Shown here: piece after piece, positions 14,266-29,200 of the stretch
Layout of the letters: each line of letters begins with the position of its first letter
Position numbering within the stretch: the first letter of the stretch is position 1
Assembly (NCBI GenBank): GCA_040954595.2
Contig: CM082589.2
Location: 3,548,213 to 3,612,212, forward strand
Direction: 5' to 3'
Origin: Balanoglossus misakiensis
Taxonomy: Eukaryota; Animalia; Hemichordata
Length of the DNA: 64,000 nucleotides
Notes under the pieces: model-generated
What the model saw: the letters and a program-made list of their open reading frames with translations, nothing else
Databases searched by the model: none
Told to the model about the DNA's origin: nothing
Made by a program: the position numbers and the translations under genes

Positions 14266-17200
14266 AACATCCAAGTTTCCTTACCATGAGTTTAGCACCC
14301 ATTTCCACCAACTCCATCTGATCCATCTGTGGTGATTCCAAAGCCTGCAAAACAGGTATCATCCAGTCGTCCAATTTATCAACCTGGTCCAGGAATTCGT
14401 TCAGACTGTCGTTCAATTTCTGAAGATAGGCGTCGTGTTTCTTTGCGGTGGTCGAAACTTTGGCGTATCGCTTCTTCACGTCTTCAAGTTTCTTCTTGAC
14501 GTCCTTAGCGACCGCTGGCTTGCTGCCCTTGATCAGTTTCTCGCCAGACGCACTGACTGTGTCGACACTGGGTTTGTGATTTTCAATGTCAGCTAAGACA
14601 ACCTACAATACACAAAATTACATTTTATTACATCTCTAAAATCTGACAGGTCAGAGGGTGGACATCTCCCACAATGTTATGCAAATGGAAGTATCTCATG
14701 ATCTAGAAAGTCCAGAAATATTAACACGCAATTAACACATAAAACTCCCAAATCCCATTTGACAGGGGATTTTAAGTGTACCTTTGTAGGCCCATACATG
14801 TATGTATGCGACTTACCGTGACATCTTGCAGTTGTTGTGGCAGTGTCTCTTTGCTGACCTTGATCTCCTCGGCAACGATCTTGGCGACCTGCGGCTCCAC
14901 CTTATCCAGCCACTTGAGGAGCGTGCCCAGACCATCCTGTACGCTCTGTGACTGAGTGAGGGCAGTCTGCAAGGCATTGTTCCTCTCGGTCAGCTGTTGC
15001 TTCACTGCATTGTACTTGTCCACAGTGTCAGCTGCAGAAGAAGACAAATACAAAATTTTGTATTTCGTGTTTCTTCCGACAAGGCTGTTCCTTTCTCGGT
15101 TTGAATTTGGCAATGTCAGTCTGCCTTTGTCTCTAAATCGTTTCATCGTCTGTCCTTCTGTCTGTCGGTTGGTCAGTTGGTCTGTCTGTCTGTCTGTCTG
15201 CCTGTCTTTCTGTCTGTCTGCCTGCCTATTGGTCGGTTAAATTCACAACGCTTTTAAATACTTACCGACAGTCTTGTCAACATCAGGTTTGAGTTCGGGC
15301 TGAGTTTCACTCAGTTCTTTGCCTGTTTCCTTCAGAGTGTCTATGTTCTTGGCCTTGGCAATGGTGTCATCAGTGATTGGCTGCAAAGTGAGAATTGGAA
15401 CAGTCTGTCAGAAAACATTTCAGAACCCTTTAGAATGGTCTATAACCATGAGATTATACAATGTACTAATGATGCTGGAAAATATGATCTGGTTCAGTAA
15501 AATATAAGTCCCATAAGTCATGTACAAATGTACCTTGATCTTCTTTATTTGTTCCTTGACAACTTCTGGCTCTGCTCCAACTGGCTCCTGTAACTGCTCA
15601 CTCACTGTGACCTCAGCCTCCTGTAACCACGGCAACACATCGTCCAAGGCAGCCTTGTACTGGTTGTGCTTGTCGCTGAGTTCGGCCATCTTCTCTGTGT
15701 GCTGGACTCCCTGTGTCTTCAGCTTGTTGTAGCGGTCGTTCAAGTTGGTCACTTTGTCCTTGACGGTGTTGGGCTCTGCTCTCTCCTTGAAGTCTTTGCT
15801 GAACTGAGCTGGCAGTGCCGTTGAACGGAATGTCGTCAAGACCTCTTTGTATTCCTGCAAGCAAAGGCAATGTTTAAAATAACTTCTAGAATGGTTCTGA
15901 ATAAAAATCAGATAAAAATCAGAAGAGAATGCAAGAAAGATAGTACAGATTTGTAGCATGCCATAGAGCTCATTGGCTTATCATTACAAGTAATATGAAC
16001 TATGCTTGTCATGCTTTTACCTTTGTATGTTCCAAGTATTTTTGTCCTGCCATGGTGATGAACTTCAACTCTGGTTTGTGGTCTGCCACTTCCTCGTTGA
16101 ATGCTTTTGTCTGTTCTTTTTGTTTCTTCACCGTGTTGGGTTCTTTGCCGACGTCTTTCACTAGAGAGTGCAGGGTCTGTTCCGCTCTCTTCAGCCAACT
16201 CTCAAAGCCTTCCTCTTCGTGCTCAAACTTCTGCAGCTCGTCGACGGCAGAGTCGAGATTCTTCACTCTCGTCTCCGATTGGCTGTTGATGACGTCATAG
16301 CGCTTCCGCACGTCAGTGACGTCATCCTGGAGTTTTGTCTTTTCCTCAGGGGAGAGTTTGTCGCCATGGGTGACCAACAGAACCTGGGCGCTCTGAGTGT
16401 ACACGACTAATGGCTGCTGGTGGGCAATGACATCATCACGGATTGTCTGAAATTGATGAAAGAAATTGAAAAGATGAACATCAACAGACAATATAGAATG
16501 TACAGATATGTTTTGCATGAGGCACAATCTACTAAGCATTTCATGAACGATAATACCACACCATCGGTGTCTAAATACAGGATGTAAATTGCACAAAATA
16601 TTTCCCATGAAACATTTCTCAAATTCTACTGATCAGAAGTATTCCTATCTACCTTGTTTTCACTGTGTTGTTCTTTGAGTGGTTCACTCTCTTCACTCAT
16701 TGGCTGCTGTGACCCGAGTTTCTCCTCAGTCTGGATGATCCAGTCCAACAGGTCTTCAATGGCTTTGATTTGTTCGTTGTACTTCTGCTCCAAAGCGGCC
16801 TAAAAGTGTGACAAACAAAATTAACAGATTATGACTAACAGGAAAGGCTAAATACATTTTTGCTTCAGTGAACAAAAGTGGTCAGAACATCATGTCATCA
16901 AGGCTCCCAAAAGATCTCTATTTTACTCACCTTCTCAGCATTTTCCTTCAGCAGGTGGTCTAGCGTTGCTTGAAGATTGCGCAGTTTGTCTTGAGACTTG
17001 CTGGCAACGTCTTGGTACTTGTCCTTCAACCCATGTTTCAGGTTGTACACCTCTGCTTGTTGTTCGGGTGTCAGTTTGTCCCGGTTGTCTTTCAGGAACT
17101 GTTCCACTTCCTTGACGATGTCGGAAACTGGATTCTTGTGTTCCTGCACGTCCTCAGTGATGTCCTATGAGAGAGGGGAATTGATTATTGATTTATTGAT

Positions 17201-20200
17201 CGAGGAAAGTTTAATATTATGGTAAATAAAAAGGTTACATGTTAAAGGGAGACATAGGGCAAGTGGTCTTTTGTTTCTGATAAACAGTTATGTTCTGCAC
17301 ACAAAGGGACAAAGTTGCTGCCCTTTTTCCATCAATTATGTATGATACAAGACACCATTTGTCTTCTAAGCATGTTGATATATAGTGAATCAACATTCGA
17401 CCACACACAACTTCCATCCCTCTTGTAGACACAAGAGTAAAAAAACTTGCCAAAATGAATAATCAGTCATTACACAATTCTGTACATTTCAGTGGATAAA
17501 ACAATGTGAACAACACGCACAAAATCTCAAAATTAGCATTGTACCTTTGGTCATAATTCTATTGTTGAAGTCTCACCTTTGTCTCTGCCAGCTGCTCCTT
17601 GATTGGTTCAATCTGGTCACCTTTGATTGGCTCCTGAGATTTCAATTTCTCGTCCACTTTGTCCACCCATTCGATGACCGGTTTCAGTTTCTCTGTGGTC
17701 TCACTCACTGCCTTCACTGTTTCCAGGGTGTCCTCCAGCTCTTGTTGGCGCTCTGCCAACTTCTCAATGATGTCGCCATAGCGACCATCCATGGCATCCA
17801 TTTTTCTTTGCACCTCTGAGGCACCTGGGAGGGTAAAATTAGGAAGTACACTATTGGTCATCTCTGTCAGAAATTGATCTAATTGAAATCAATTCAATGA
17901 TGCCTTGGTTAATTTAATAATAATGTAAATTTCATGGTTTTGTAGACTTAATTAACTTAAGTTTGTATTTCCATTAAAATTTATTTGGCGTTTATGTTTT
18001 GCTTTGAGTACACTCTTCTTTGACCTGTACGTGTTTTCTCTATTTGCAAAGCCAGATTTTTTTTCCACACCATCATTTTCTGTTCTCACTGTTATTTTGC
18101 TGCCATTAAGTTCTGATCAATACATATTAAATGGTTTAATCTGACTTAGGACAGTTTCCTGATTATGTTAGATTATGTTATATAACTATCACTTCACAAA
18201 AACGCCTTTGTGAGTTTGCCAATCAATCAAATTGAGAAAAAGGTGTATATCCCATTAAAATATGGTTGAAGGGGATAACAGCAGTGAAACTATGAAACAG
18301 AAAATGAAAAGAAAAGGTTTGACTTAATAATTGATGTGAATTAAACTGCAATACAGTGAAATTATACTGTAGTTTCCGAAATGATAGTCACATTTTGACC
18401 ACATTCACTTCTTTTGACTCTTCAACTGCTTAAAATGATTAAGCTTCATTTCATTTCAGAGCACATTGTTGCAACTGAATTATAACCTGCTCATCCCTTT
18501 CCACTTATCAAGTGGAATAGCCCGATAGGAGGAAGCAATAGGATTAGAGAACTATTGTCACTGCCACAGGAAGGAAAGGGTGGGTGAGTCATTGCAATCC
18601 TTACCAGCAAAGAGCTCTTCTCTTGCCATCTGGTCGGACGGCAACCGTGTCAGGGTTGGTTTCCTAGCAACCTTCTCAGCTGGATGGGCTGCGACCTTGG
18701 ATGACCTCCTGTGTGGTTCCTGTAATGCAGCCTCACCAGTCGGTCTGGACAAGTCTTCCACGGCTTTGCCAAGATGCTGGGCTTCTTCCACTTTGGGCTT
18801 GAAGCTGTCTGCTTCTCTTTGCAGTGGCTGTAATGGGTGACAAAAGCAAGGTTTAGAGTGAATATCTAGAAAAAATGTACATTTTAGAAAAAGTAGTATG
18901 TAAAATATAGTTTTTCTGTTTATTTAAAATAAATTCAGTTCTTATCAAACCTAAAGGCAAAAAAATTGTGAAAATCAATAAAATTTTAGACATTGAACAT
19001 TCCCTTTGGTTTCAGATCCATACCTACATAAAACACATAATTCTACTCACTTTCTGTTGTTCAATTTGGACTTGCAGTGTGATCACATCTTGTGCGACTG
19101 GTTCCAACTGACTGAGTTTCTCTTCCATCGCATCCAGCCACTTTTCAGTTGCCTTTTGGATGGCATCGAATTTCTCCTGTGCACGTTGTCTGTCGGTCAA
19201 TTGTTGATTTCTGAAGAAAAAAAGATTTCATGAACAAAACTTTCACATTTTAAGATTTTTTTCTGAACTGCAACTTACTAAACCTGAACATAGCAACACG
19301 ATGGTGGACAGTATGATTCATACAAAGTGTTGATCACCAAATGAATGGACAACTATGACAAACAGATATGAATAATTTACCAGAATGCACTGCACTCAAT
19401 CCTGTGTCACAATCTGAAAACTTCCACACTGACAGATGTTGATCATCTACATTTAATACCACGTAAAAACTACAAAGTTTAAATTTCATTTGATCCCAAA
19501 AATCGTCTGTACCTTCTGTGCAGCAGATCTTCAAGGGCTTGCCAATTCTTGTCGAGATTCTCCAGCGCATCTGAGACAGTCTTCTTATCCTGAGCCTTGG
19601 GATCTTTCAAGAGTTCACTGCCAAGCTTCTTGACTTGTTCATAGTTGGGTCTGTGTGTGTCAACCTCTTGGCCAATATCCTAAAAAAAAAACAGAACAGA
19701 CAATTTGAGTTTTACAAGCAAGTGCATTATTTGTACAGTTTATATTAGTAGACCATTTTGAGTCTGTTGGTATTTTCACATTCTATTAAGGAGAACTTCC
19801 CTATAATAGTACACAGCTGATTATTTTTTTCGTTATTTACAATTTTCAGAAGACCAAAATATAGATGGGGAGAAATATCGATGATGGCATTAAACTTACA
19901 TGTAGCTTGCTTCCCATTTCCGCTAATTCCATCTTTTCAATCTCCGGTGATTCCAGCGTCTCCAAAGTGGGAAGTACCCAGTCTTCCAGATCGTCCATCT
20001 GCTTGAAGAACTCGCCCAATTTATCTTGAAGTTCTTCCAGATAGGCTTTGTGATCTTTGACCGTGGTGTCGGCCTTCTTGTATCTCTTGTTCAAGTCGCT
20101 GATCTTGGCTTTCACAACGCTGGCTCGAGAGGGCTCACTCTCGGAGATGAGCTTCTCGGCGTTCTCGTTGACGGTGTCCAGATTCGGTTTGTGGCTTTCA

Positions 20201-23200
20201 ATGTCAGCCTGGATGACCTGAAATGAAAACAAGCATTATTACAAATCTGTCAACCAAAAAAAACTGCATAAAACAGAGAACAGTTAGTTTTTGTGTGGTC
20301 ATTTCCATAAAAACTGCAGGTCATATTTCCCATTTTCTATAATATATATTCCAAATCTATTATAACGAGTTCAACTGCTTACATTGATTCTGTTATCATG
20401 TTCACATTCTATAAGATTAAACAAAGGTATTTCATTTGTCTATAACTTTGAATTTCACGAAACAAGACTCATGTTATAATTTTTGTCTTGACACTTGTTC
20501 ACAGAAATGAAACGTCACCTCTATGTATGATTCTGACGATCAGATACTTGCAAATAAAATTTCACATTTCGGCTGACATTACCTTGACCTCCTGTAGTTG
20601 TTCAGTCACAGGTTCTTTCAGCAAGACAACTGTGGCAGTCACACTCTTCTGAACGTTGATCTCGGCCATGTCGATCCATTTGATGAGCGAGTCCATACCC
20701 TCCTGTACTGTCTGTGATTGTGCCAGAGCGGTCTGCAAGACACTGGTACGCCCGGCCATCTGGCTGTCCAGTTCACCATATTTGTCGATGACAAATCCTG
20801 AAAATACAAGTAAACCGAGTTGAGATGTTTGTACAAGATGATTCCATGTGCTGTTTTGACCTCATCACACCAACAGAGGTCATACCGATAGGAGACAGCG
20901 GTGAACAAATTCAAAGCATACGGCCAACATTTATCACTGGAATAATTAAGGACTGCAACCCTAACAAGAAACAGATCTGAAATTTTCACTTGCATAGATT
21001 CTACTTTCTTGATTATACTCAAAAAAGAAATATTGTAACACAATCTTAGTGCACTATTGAACCAAAAAAAATTTTACGGCCATTTTTGTATAGAAAAATG
21101 TCAAGTCTGTACTATAATATTTTTGTCAGCTATAGGCATGATGATGAACTCTTGGAGGTCAAAAGCACATACCTAGTGTCTGTTCAACATCTGGTTTCAG
21201 TTCTGTCTGTGTGTCTGCCAATTCTCGGGCAGCTTCTTTCAGCTTCTCAACATTCTTGGCCTGTGCCACGATGTCGTCATGAAGAACCTGGTATTGGACG
21301 AAGGTCACAGAGGATAAGTGGAAAAACAAATTAAACGAAATTGCTTCTTTTGTTACAATCAAAGCTAATATCAAAGACAGTAAATTTCATAATCTTAAAC
21401 AGGAAGAAATTACACTATCATAAACAAAACAGTGAACTATTATCTTCTGCAACAAAAACATGTACAACAACATCTGACAAAACAATATTAATGGAAAGAC
21501 ATACAAACATAAGTAATAGGTATACATGTACAATCGTGCCACAAACAACAAATACATGTACATTGGTCATGCTTCTATTTCTAAAAAAACGCATTTGTAC
21601 AGGGAAAGTACAGAGAGAATGGATTAAAACAGACAAGAGTAAACACACCACAATCCAATAAACCCTACCTTTGCTTCATCAAACTGATTCTGAGTCTTCA
21701 CGAAAAAAGGAAAAGCATGATAGGAGTTTTGAAAAGAGAAAAAAAACATCAGAGACAGGAAAGGTAGACCCAAAGTTAGTGAAATGCTGGCGGAAATATA
21801 TGACTGAAGTCTGCTGCATGTAAAATGTGCAAAAACCATCACCAGATGCGCATTCAGAAAACTTAGCAAATAGCCAATGAGAGGGTGATATTTTATTTTA
21901 GCTTTTTTGTAGTTCAAAGTGAAGATACATGTGACTAAATTGTAGTGTATGAGTAAGCAGTGATGATGTGTTCTCAGAGCAGTGGAAAAATCTTGGCATT
22001 TTCTAAGACCAGTTTACATGTACAAAAGGAGTTATAGTTTCGGAAATAAGTGATCTTTGTTTATCAGTGTTTTAAGATCCAGTATTCTGTCAAATGAATA
22101 ATTATTAAAAATATTTGAAATGTGAAGAAATATTTCACCTTTGCTTTGTCAAGCTGCTCTTTGACCACTTCTGGCTCGGCACCCACTGGCTCCTTCAACT
22201 GATCTGTCAGCTGACCTTCTGCCTGCTGTAACCATGGCAGCACTGCATCCAATGCCTCCTTGTACTTGATGTGCTTGTCGGTCAGATCGACCAGTTTTGT
22301 GGCCTGGTCGTGACCTTCAGCCTTCAGTTTGTCGTATCTGTCGTTCATCTCGGTCAGTTTGTTCTTGATGACGTTGGTTTCAGGCTTTTCTTTGTATTCC
22401 TCCCGAACTTCTTTTGGCAGAGTTGACGTGCGGAACTCAGCGAGATCTTTCTTGTATTCCTATTTTGGTGTCAAAAATCAGAAATGTTCTTAAAATTAAA
22501 TCTCAAGAATTATTTCACAAAACTATGAAATTTTTACAGAATTTTTAGACAGCAAGACAGGTCGTTGATTTTCAGACCCTTTTCTGTTATTTTCATGAGA
22601 ATGTAAAATTCATCAAGCCAGCTGAAAAATGAATATAGTTTCAAAATCACGGCTGACAACTATTCAAAAAAGGGCTTTGAGAATGTTCACCTTGGTTTTG
22701 TCCAAGTACTTCTGTCCTGTCATTGTGATGTACTTCAGATCAGCTTTGTGGTCAATCACGTCTTCATTGAACGCCTTGATTTCTTCGTTCTGTTTCTTCA
22801 AGACCTCAGGCTCCTTCCCGGTCTCCTCTATTAGCTTCTTCAAGTCGTCTTCTTTCTCTGTCAGCCACGTTTTGAAAGTGGCCTCCTCCTGTTCTAATTT
22901 CTTGACGTCGTCCACGCTAGACTTGAGCCACTTGACCCGGGTCTCGCTCTGGACGGAGACGACCTCGTAGCGGGATTTGAGACTGGCGATGTCGTCTTCC
23001 AGGGTTGTCCGGTCGGGACTGCTTAGCTTGTCTCCTTGCATCACTAAGAATTGCTGTGCATCAAGTATCAGCTGCTCAGTTGGTTTCTGGTGATCTGTGA
23101 TGTTGGTCTTGAGGGTCTGTTTGTAACGGATGCATAAATCAGTTTTGCAAATCATTTCAGATGATTGTCATATACAATGTCAATTGCAACTTTTCCCAAA

Positions 23201-26200
23201 ATCGCTCAGTTTTGACATATTTTGTAATACTGGTAGTATTCACACGTTACTCGCACATAAATTACCTGGTATAAGGATGTGAGTTGAGTTGAGTTGGAAG
23301 AACAGGTGATTGAACACATTTCTATCATAAGAAACTAAAATAACCAAAATAATGTCAGTCAGTAAGTGACTTTTCCCCTCGAATTTCAAATTATTAATCA
23401 GCCTTGTGCTTTTTTTAATACTCCCTTACCTTGTTATCATCATACTGTTCTGTGAGTGGTTGGGACTCTTCACTCATTGGCTGCTCAGTGCCAAGTCTTT
23501 TCTCTGTCTTTTTAACCCATTCCAGGATGTCCTTGATGGTGGCAGTCTGATCGGCATATTTCTGTTCAAGTGCAGCCTGAAAGTAATGCAACGCATAACA
23601 ATTAGCATCTGTGTACCATCCAAGCATTAACAGCGCATGTATCCACAATTGTGCTCAAGGCACTTTACAATTATTACCCCTGGTCACTGGATCTAACATC
23701 TATGTACCATCTAATTGACCGAACAGAGCCATGTGAGGCACAAACACCAGCAGAAATAACAGGAAGCAAATCTGCTGTGCTTGAAAATCACCAGAAACTA
23801 TTCCCGGAGTCAAAAATACTTGCACATGACATTTGGAAAAACAACAATCACAATCAAATGAAACTTACCTTCTCCGCTCTCTCTGTTTCCAGAGTCTGCA
23901 AAGTGGCCGTGATTTCCTTCATTCGATCTTTAGACTGCTCTTCCACATCTTGATGTGTCTTCTTCAAGTCATCCAACGTCTTCTGTAGACTGGCTTGTTG
24001 AACTGGGTTCATCTTGTCCTTGCTGGCTTTCAAGAATTCTTCTGTTCCCTTGATCACATCGCCAATGGAATCTCTGTGGCCAGCAATGTTTCCATCTACA
24101 GTCTGTATTAGTGTATAGTAAAAGATTAATGATGTATAGTTAAGATTAACAGCAGAGATATGTATTCACCCAGCAGTAAATCACAGTCATTCAATTTCAT
24201 ATCTCATTTTATACCTTTTGTTCATCGAGTTGAACCTTGAGTGGATTGATTTCAACTTTGACCGGTTCTTGAGACTGGAGAGTCTCTTCCACCGATTTGA
24301 CCCATTCCATCATCGGCTGCAGGGCCTGCGTCTGGGCGTTGAACTCCTCGACCGTCTCAAGCGTCGTGTCAAGCTCCTCCTCTCTTGCATGCAGTAGATC
24401 TCGCAGTTTGTTGTATCTCTCGGTCACATGATCAACCTGTTTCTGTGTCACTGTTTCCTCTGAGAATAATGGTAATTATTCAGAATTTGTAAGTTTTTTT
24501 TTAATAAACAAATGCTAAATTTAGAAATATATCATTTTTTTTACTTATTTCCAGGTACCAATGGATGTATTGAGATGGATTTTTTGGAGGAAAGGGGTAA
24601 ACTTTGGGGTTTCATGCATTACCATGTTCTGGAGAACATTCCATTTGCATGAATGAAAATGCTGCAAAATTGACAATGTTACGAATACCCCCAAAAACTT
24701 TGCAATTGACACTGCAAATGACATTAGGATGACTTCCACCTTTAAAATGTTCCTCAACAAAAACTCATTTTTTATCATTTCAACCGTTTAAAACCCATCA
24801 CAGCAAGGAACTGACTTCCCTTTCACCTTTACCCAGCATGCATAGTGGCACTACAACTTTGAAGGATGGGAGTTTCATGGGTTGTGCATGATGCTTTACC
24901 CACAATACACTGCAAATGGTTTCTTCGTTAATGACAGGAAAACTCCTTAACAACCCATGCATGTCAAGAAATAAAGTATGGAATGGTTTTACAGGAATGG
25001 GGTAAAATGGATAGGTAATGCATGTGACAGGTGACGGGAGGGAATCATGCAGGATGGGATGTCATGACAAAGACTAGAATAAGGTAACTATCAGATCAGA
25101 TCAGTTGTGCCCACGACACTGTGTAACGGCAGATGCCCTCTCGCCCTGTGACTGAAGAGGATAGTTTTGCGTTCCCATAGAATTAAACGGTCGGTTGGAC
25201 CATACTAAAGACAAGAAGGTGTGAGCTGGCATGTTAGTGAAACAATTTAGATAAAAAGTTTTAGAGTCCAATCAAAGGATGATTTCAGAAATCCTGAGGA
25301 AAGAACTGTAGCAGACAAGTCTTTTTAAATATGACTGAATTTTATAGTAAAAAGCAGGATAGTTCAAGTTTTAGTGGCATGTACGTCTGTGCTGAAACAA
25401 AAGCAGTGGTATTATGAAATTTGATGAACTGTGCACTTTTGAATTTTTGTTTTTCATCCGCAAAGTAAAACTATGTAAAAAAAGAACTGAAAAGAAGATG
25501 ATAGCAGTGATGTATTAGAGTTTTGTGTACTTGTATTTCTGATTTGAGTGATCGCACAGATTCTGGCAAAAATAGTCAGAAGATATCAAAGTTAGAGAAG
25601 TGTGGTGTACGTGTAAAAGCAGTGTGTCGGGGCACGCATGATCTGATCTGTGGTTAGAAAACTTAACAGCAGAGATGTATTCACCCAGCATTAAATCACC
25701 ATCAACACTCTCACCCTCTGAAGGGCGGCGTACACCGGGGACACGCCTCTCGGGGGTGTGTCTGGTGGGTGCCACGCCCGCAACCTCGGCTGACCGTTTG
25801 CGAGGCTCGACCAACTCTGGCTCGTCTTCTGCTTGCATCAGCTTGGTCAGTTTATCGCCGAGATCGGCAACGTCGTCGATTTTGGGTTTGAATTCATCAA
25901 CTTCTGCCTTGAGAGGCTGATGATTAAAAAAGAATGTTAACATGATTATACAAATCTCATATTGATAAAAAAAACGCATTTCCTCAAAAAACCTTCTGTG
26001 ACATCATCAAAACAAATCAATGTAACAGTTTCTAGTTATTTTGAAAATAAGAAATAATTAACTAATAATTGATGGTCGTACCTTAGTTTCTTTGATCTGC
26101 TGTTTGAGGGTGCCATCATCAAAAGCAACAGGTTCCAGTTTCTGGACTTTGTCCTCAACCACGTCCAGGAACTGCGTACTCTGCTGTACGGCTCCGACAA

Positions 26201-29200
26201 ACTTTTCCTCCACAGTCTGTCTCTCATTCAACTGATCGTTCCTCTTCTTCAAGACGTCTTCCAATGCCTTCCAGTGTTTATCCACATTGTCCAGAATGGT
26301 GGAGACCACCTCCTTGTCCGAGTCTCTCAACAGAGGTTCTTTCAGGAGGTTGTCACCCACATCTTTGACTGTGACATACACTGGTTTGTAGTTGTCAACT
26401 TCTTTTGTTATCTCCTGGAAAATCAAGTGATATTGCAAAGTTTCTTGGTGAACTTAAACGATCAACACAGGTACTGGGTACATGGTATGCAGTGGCCTAA
26501 CAACATAGGTACCTGTTATCAGTGAGTTACCCAACACACAAAGTACATCTATTATGCAACAGATACCGTAAATATTTTCTGTAAACACATCTGAGATGTA
26601 CAGTAATAATTACTTTAGAAGAAGCATCTGTTTGTAAACATGAGCATGCACAAAATCTATGGTTCACTCACGGAAAGTCTGGTTGCCAACGGTGCAATTT
26701 CCATCTTGTGGATTTCCGGTGACTCCAGGAATTCCAGAGTCGGAAGCAACCAGTCTTCCAGGGTGTCCACCTTCTGGAGTAATTCTGAGAGTTTGTCCAG
26801 GAGACTCTGCAAGCTGTTCTCCCTATCAGTCACTTGATCGGAGATGGTGGAAAAGCGCTTGTTCAAGTCATCGAGTTTGGTCTGGATGTTTTTGGCCTCT
26901 GCGAGTTCGCTGTCTTGCAAGAGAGGTTTGGCTGACTCATTCACTGACGTCACGCTCGGTTTGTGACTGTCAATGTCTGTGTGAATCACCTGAAATAAAC
27001 AATAATTAAGGGGGAATGATTAAAAAATTGGCAGTGAAGTGCTAAGGTGTTACCTGAGTGCGCCTTGCAAAGGATCAGGTAATGTTTACAGAGAAGGCAT
27101 GAGGGACCCCACCCCATCATTAACATATCACTATTAGATTGACATATCTGGTAAAGTCTAATACTTTATCTTTCAAGGAGCTGGGAAAAAGATATGAAGA
27201 AGTCAATGTTCAATTTCTATACATAACTAATGTTTTTGTTTGTGTTTGTCTTAAAATGAAGCTGGTAATTGAAATAAAAAGGATTAAATTTCTCATTTTT
27301 TGGATGTCAACCCTCACCTTGACCTCCTGCAGTTGCTCAAGAATCACCTCCTTCTTGATGACGATCTCCAAGGTAACCACCCGTTTCACCTTGGGTTCCA
27401 CCTCATCCAGCCATCTCAAGAGGGCGTCCAAGCCGTCCCTCACACTCTGCGACTGTGTGAGAGCGGTATGCAAGACGTTGCTCCTCTCCGAGACAGCCAC
27501 TTCCAAGATGTGGTATTTAGAGTCGGCATCAGTGATTGTCTTGTCGATGTCGTCTTTCATGTCGGGCTGGCTCTCACCCAAGTCTTTGCCAGTTGTCTTC
27601 AGTTTGTCAACATCTCGTGCATGGGATACCAAATCATCATTTAGTACCTTCAAAACAAAAACAGTCATACATGAATGTAATTTACAATTATGTAATTTAA
27701 CATTTAAAATCAACTAGCCTGCAATATCAGCAACACTGAATATAAAGCATGTTACTTCAGAAAAACTTACACACAAATACAAGCAGTAAGAAATATGCTA
27801 CACTTGATGAGAAAAAATGTCCATAAAAAAAACATGCTATCTCAATCTAATCCAGCAATGAAAAAAAATTTCTAAATTCACCTTAATTCTATCTATCTGT
27901 CGTTTCACACTCTGTGGCTCAGCCGCCACTGGCTCTTGGGTCTGCTGTGTGACTTCCTTCTCCTTCAACTGTAGCCATGGCAACACCGTGTCCGCGGAAT
28001 CTTGGTACTTCTGCACCTTGTCGACAAGAGTGTCCAACTTCTCCGCTCTGTCCTTGGTGGTGGTTTTCAGTTTGTTGTACCTCTCATTGGCGTTGGTCAA
28101 CCGGGCTTTGGTGATGTTCTGGTCGGGTTTCTCGGTGAAGTCTTTGGTGACATGTTTGGGTAGCGCAGTACTGCGGAACTCAACAAGCTCTTTCTTGTAT
28201 TCCTGAACGAAGACAAAGCAATTATATGGAAAACATGAACTCCTGGACAATGTGAAAATAGAATTGCACAAGTATGATTCTGGCAGACAGTAACTAATTC
28301 TGGAAAACATGTCACTGATAGCTATGCTACATAATTTCCTGCATGATGAATTTGGTTTTTCCAGGTGTCTGGCAATATAAAGTTTGGTTTAACCCGCCTC
28401 CCCAAATGAAATAAAAAATCCCCCCCCCCTCATTTCTTCAGGAAAAATCACCTTGGAATCATCGATGAACTTCTGTCCTGCGAGGTTCAAGATCTTGACA
28501 TCTGCTTTGTGATCAACGATGTCTTCATCCAGCGTCTTGACCTTCCTCTCCTGTTTCTTCAAGTCGTCCAGTTCCATGCTTGTGTCGCGAGTAAGGCTTT
28601 CCAGCGTCTTCTCAGATGTCGTCAGCCAGTCTTCGAAAGTCGTCGCGTCTCTGTCGAATCGCTTGAGCTCCTCCACCGCCGGCGTGAGCATCTTGGCGCG
28701 GTTTTCCGTCTGCGAGGTCAGGCCCTCGTACCTGGTCTTCAGAGCGGTGACCTTCTCCTGGAGGTCGGCCTTGGTCTTCTCCGGTAGCTTGTCTCCCTGG
28801 CTCAGGATCAGGTCCTCGATGGTCTGCACTGCCATGAGGATGGGCTGCTGGTGGGTTGAGACGTCGGCTTTTGTCTCTTCGTTTGTGTCTTTCTGGGTCG
28901 TCAGTGGTTGGGTTTCCTCGTTCATGGGCTGCTGGGAACCCAATTTGAGTTCCGTAGCATACACCCACTTCAGCAAGTCATCGACAGCCACTGTTTGTTC
29001 TGTTAGTTTCTTCTCAAGAGCATCCTGCAATATTAAAAAAATACAAATTTGAGCATCTCCAGTTCAGTGTTCAGTATGGCGCAACACAAAATATTCATAT
29101 TCATGCATAACATTTATACATATGTAGTATGTCTGATAAAACCTTTATAACCATGGCAACAAAACACACCTGTTCTTCTTTGTCTTTCTGAAGCTTGGCA

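Noticed and set aside
23261-23300. Pyrimidine tract followed by CAG|GTAATT (recursive-splice-like site)
   Set aside because: The host intron is only ~313 nt; recursive splicing is mainly a long-intron feature and there is no other support.
24900-24909. 10-nt AG...GT segment near the UGCAUG cluster
   Set aside because: Frameshifting and purine-rich upstream sequence.
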